DNA from: an uncultured phage cr115_1
Length of the DNA: 40,000 nt
Sequence record: NC_055898.1
Direction: 5' to 3' (one strand)
Below, one piece after another: positions 37,325 to 40,000 of the stretch. How positions within the stretch are numbered: the stretch's first letter is position 1; each line of letters opens with the position of its first letter. The notes beneath the pieces were generated by a model. It was not told the origin of the DNA. It ran no database searches and worked only from the letters and a program-made list of their open reading frames with translations. The position numbers and the translations under genes are program-made.

Positions 37325-38288
37325 GACACTACCGTATAAGACTATTGCTGAAGTAACTAATGAATCTGTTAGTTATATTCAAGCAAGAAAGGATAGAACT
37401 ATTATTCCTCTTAAAACAAGATGGAAAAAGTTCAATAGAGTTTGTTGTGGAGGATTAGAACCAAACATGATTTTAACAATTGCAGGAGGTTCTGGATCTG
37501 GTAAATCAGCATTTGCAAATACGCTTGAAACTGATTTAATTGATCTTAATACAGATCAAGAAATTGTAATTTTAGATTTTTCGTTTGAGATGCTTAGTTA
37601 TAGACAAATAGGTCGAAAACTGAGTAATCGATTAAGACGCACTACCTCGGAATTATATAGTGCAGAAGACAGTATAGATGATGCTACATTTACTAAAGTA
37701 AAAGAAGAAGCAGAACGCATTAAGAAGTATCAGATATATTATATAGATACTCCCAGTACTGTTGAAAATATCGAAAAAACTATAGATTATTTCCATGAAA
37801 CAATAGCTAAAGATAAATGGCTAATTGTTATCCTAGATCATGCTTTATTGGTCGAAGGAGATACGGAACGTGGAACAATAGTAGATTTACAGAAAATGTT
37901 TATTCGTAAAAAGAAATTATCTAATACGAGTATTATACAGATTTCACAGATGAATCGAAATATTGAATTGCCTGATCGTATAAATAATCCATCTATGCAT
38001 TTTCCGTTGCGTAGCGATTTAGCTGCATCAGATGCTATATTCCAAGCAAGTGACTATGTGATAGCATTATCACGTCCAGAATTACTTAATATTCAAAGTT
38101 ATGGGGTCAATCGCTTACCTGTGAAGAATAAGGTATATCTACATTTTCTTAAAGTAAGAGATGCTGGAGAACCTTGTATATTAGAGTTTGACAATGAACT
38201 TAAATATGGTAATCTGATAGAAACTGAAGGAAATACTACTATGCAGCAAAATGTAGTATTTAACAATAAAAATAGGCTGAAATTATGA
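37281..38288 (+). CDS. SF4/DnaB-like replicative helicase
   Basis: Walker A ILTIAGGSGSGKSAFANTLETDL; KWLIVILDHALLVEGD; SNTSIIQISQMNRNIE. Confidence 0.85.
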   Translation: MNNKMQNYMEQQLFKTLPYKTIAEVTNESVSYIQARKDRTIIPLKTRWKKFNRVCCGGLEPNMILTIAGGSGSGKSAFANTLETDLIDLNTDQEIVILDFSFEMLSYRQIGRKLSNRLRRTTSELYSAEDSIDDATFTKVKEEAERIKKYQIYYIDTPSTVENIEKTIDYFHETIAKDKWLIVILDHALLVEGDTERGTIVDLQKMFIRKKKLSNTSIIQISQMNRNIELPDRINNPSMHFPLRSDLAASDAIFQASDYVIALSRPELLNIQSYGVNRLPVKNKVYLHFLKVRDAGEPCILEFDNELKYGNLIETEGNTTMQQNVVFNNKNRLKL

Positions 38289-38833
38289 AAAAGACTTTTA
38301 CAATAACTACTCCGAATGCAAAATGTGATCCGACTGGTGAATATAAGAATTATCTTTTGAAGCGTTTGCTTACTAGTTATCCAGAATTAGTTATTGACGG
38401 TATTGATACTGAGGAAACTCCGTTTAGTTATCAGTACATTGGCCCGAACAACAAGATACGTTTTGGTGCTGATTTATTTTCAAAGTGTGACGTTGCTAAG
38501 TATGTGGATTGCAAATATTGCCCATATGCTACACCATATTATCCTGCTGAAAAAGTGGAAAATTATAATTTAGCAACACAGTTTGCTCTTGCAATGAAAC
38601 GTTTAGACGATTATGCAAAAGCAAAACGTAATTATAAACCTCTGTACGATTTTCGATTAGCAGATGGAACTCCTGTTAAGGAGTATGGAAATTTCATCCA
38701 GGTTGGTTATAAACTAATTCCGAAGTACGATCTTAGTTATTTTAACACAATCAACGATGAAGAAAAAACTATCATTAATAACATTATTATTATGATTAAT
38801 AATACTGAAATTAATGCAGAACTTAATATCTAA
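38285..38833 (+). CDS. Hypothetical replication-module protein
   Basis: 182-aa ORF with CDVAKYVDCKYCPYATPYY Cys motif, start overlaps the helicase stop. Confidence 0.6.
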   Translation: MKKTFTITTPNAKCDPTGEYKNYLLKRLLTSYPELVIDGIDTEETPFSYQYIGPNNKIRFGADLFSKCDVAKYVDCKYCPYATPYYPAEKVENYNLATQFALAMKRLDDYAKAKRNYKPLYDFRLADGTPVKEYGNFIQVGYKLIPKYDLSYFNTINDEEKTIINNIIIMINNTEINAELNI

Positions 38834-38916
38834 TAACTTTTACTTTACATAATACAAATTTTAACATAATTTATCATAGACTATCATATCGAGTAAAGTA
38901 GTATAACCTATTTAAT

Positions 38917-39657
38917 ATGTTAATACTACCAACTGAAAAAAATATACCAAAAGTACAAAATCCTAGATTTTTAATACTTTTTGGAAAACCTAAAGCTGGT
39001 AAAACAACATTACTTTCTATGCTTGAAGGATGTCTTATAATAGACTTAGAAGGAGGTTCAGAATTTCTTGAAGCTCTTTCTATTCAAGCAAGAAGTGTAA
39101 GTGATTTAGGAGAAATTGCTAACCTAATACGTCAAAAAATTACTGAGACAGGTAAGAAGCCTTATAAGTATATTGCAATTGATAATGCAACACGCTTAGA
39201 AGAGATATGTTTACCATATGCTGCTACACTTTATAGGCAAACTCCTATGGGGAAAACCTTTAAAGGAGATGATGTAAGACAGCTTCCCAACGGATCTGGA
39301 TATCTATATCTTCGAGAAGCAGTAAAGAAAGTAATTTTTATGTTTAAAGAGTTATGCGATAACTTTATTCTTATTGGTCATACTAAAGATAAGATGATTA
39401 ATAAGGATGGTGAAGAGCTTACAGAAATGGCAATAGATTTAGTTGGAAGACTAGGTGATATTGTTTGTGGTGAAGCAGATGCTGTAGGTTATGTCTATCG
39501 AAAAAAGAATGAAACTCATATTTCATTTGAAGGTGGAGATAACTCAGTACGCGAAGCAAGAGCTCCTCATTTAAGAGGAAAAAACATAGTAATTGCAGAA
39601 AGTAATGAAAACAATGAGATTACTACTCATTGGGAAAGAATTTATTTACCAGAATAA
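38917..39657 (+). CDS. P-loop ATPase, Sak4/AAA_24-like recombination protein
   Basis: FLILFGKPKAGKTTLLSMLEGCLIIDLEGGSEF; YIAIDNATRLEEICL; NFILIGHTKDK. Confidence 0.8.
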   Translation: MLILPTEKNIPKVQNPRFLILFGKPKAGKTTLLSMLEGCLIIDLEGGSEFLEALSIQARSVSDLGEIANLIRQKITETGKKPYKYIAIDNATRLEEICLPYAATLYRQTPMGKTFKGDDVRQLPNGSGYLYLREAVKKVIFMFKELCDNFILIGHTKDKMINKDGEELTEMAIDLVGRLGDIVCGEADAVGYVYRKKNETHISFEGGDNSVREARAPHLRGKNIVIAESNENNEITTHWERIYLPE

Positions 39658-39669
39658 AAAGATTAAGAT

Positions 39670-40000
39670 ATGTATAGTAAAGAAAGAGCACAACAGATAA
39701 CAAAAAATGACGTTAGATTTATTCCTGCAGGCATTCATGAGAATGTACAATTAAAAAGTGCACGTTTAGCAGAATCTCCTACAGGTAATAAGTTTCTTGA
39801 AATTGTCTTTGAAAAAGATGGGGCAACCTTAACTCAGACTGAGTGGAAACCTACGAAGTTTGAAGGTATGGACGAAGCAGCATTACAGAAGAAAGAAGAT
39901 ACTCAATTTTCTCGTATGATGCAAATTTTGCTTTGTTTTTATAAAGATGAACAATTGATTTTCAATGGTTCTACATTTGAAGAGTTTGCTACGGAAGTAG
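39670..40000 (+). CDS. Truncated CDS of the replication module (edge of window)
   Basis: ATG at 39670: MYSKERAQQITKNDVRFIPAGIHENVQLKSARLAESPTGNKFLEIVFEKDG..., open to the window end. Confidence 0.7.
   Translation, partial: MYSKERAQQITKNDVRFIPAGIHENVQLKSARLAESPTGNKFLEIVFEKDGATLTQTEWKPTKFEGMDEAALQKKEDTQFSRMMQILLCFYKDEQLIFNGSTFEEFATEV

Noticed and set aside
1-40000. CRISPR array, reverse transcriptase, DGR, retron, transposase or integrase
   Set aside because: Looked for repeat-spacer periodicity, RT motifs (YxDD), and transposase or recombinase signatures in the ORFs; none seen in the window.

Overview
The window looks like about 40 kb of a crAss-like (Crassvirales) tailed phage genome. The left half (1 to ~19.06 kb) is on the minus strand: structural/packaging genes (post-capsid gene, major capsid protein, scaffold-like gene, zincin-motif proteins, portal, terminase large subunit), then small accessory genes (dATP/dGTP diphosphohydrolase-like, GroES-like, ThyX). 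The right half (~19.3 to 40 kb) is on the plus strand: small membrane proteins, an ECF-type sigma factor, family B DNA polymerase, SF4/DnaB-like helicase, a P-loop ATPase, and tRNAs. The main observations are: (1) Minus-strand genes, but none of the recognised plus-strand genes, carry in-frame TAG codons. Several sit where known domains have glutamine (YQVS in NUMOD4, ILQF in NUMOD1). I therefore reassembled portal, terminase, scaffold, HNH and several other genes across TAG fragments (TAG=Gln). (2) The locus at 24.5-24.88 kb looks like a circularly permuted tmRNA (ssrA). The T-arm/acceptor-3' piece lies upstream of a 5' piece that begins GGGGCAT and contains a tag reading frame GNTSYIMNYSRIAA*. 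The two pieces pair in the acceptor stem (7/7, including G3.U) and in a P2-like helix. (3) About 2.1 kb without coding potential (29.4-31.5 kb) is dense in perfect hairpins and long-range helices, suggesting one or more large structured ncRNAs. (4) A group I intron-like core is present on the minus strand at 12.6-12.75 kb. (5) The phage encodes its own ECF-like sigma factor. (6) There are tiny genes missed by the ORF track, including a 17-aa Lys/Gly peptide behind an AGGAGG site. No canonical suppressor tRNA(CUA) was found in the window. All family calls are by eye; no searches or folding were run.
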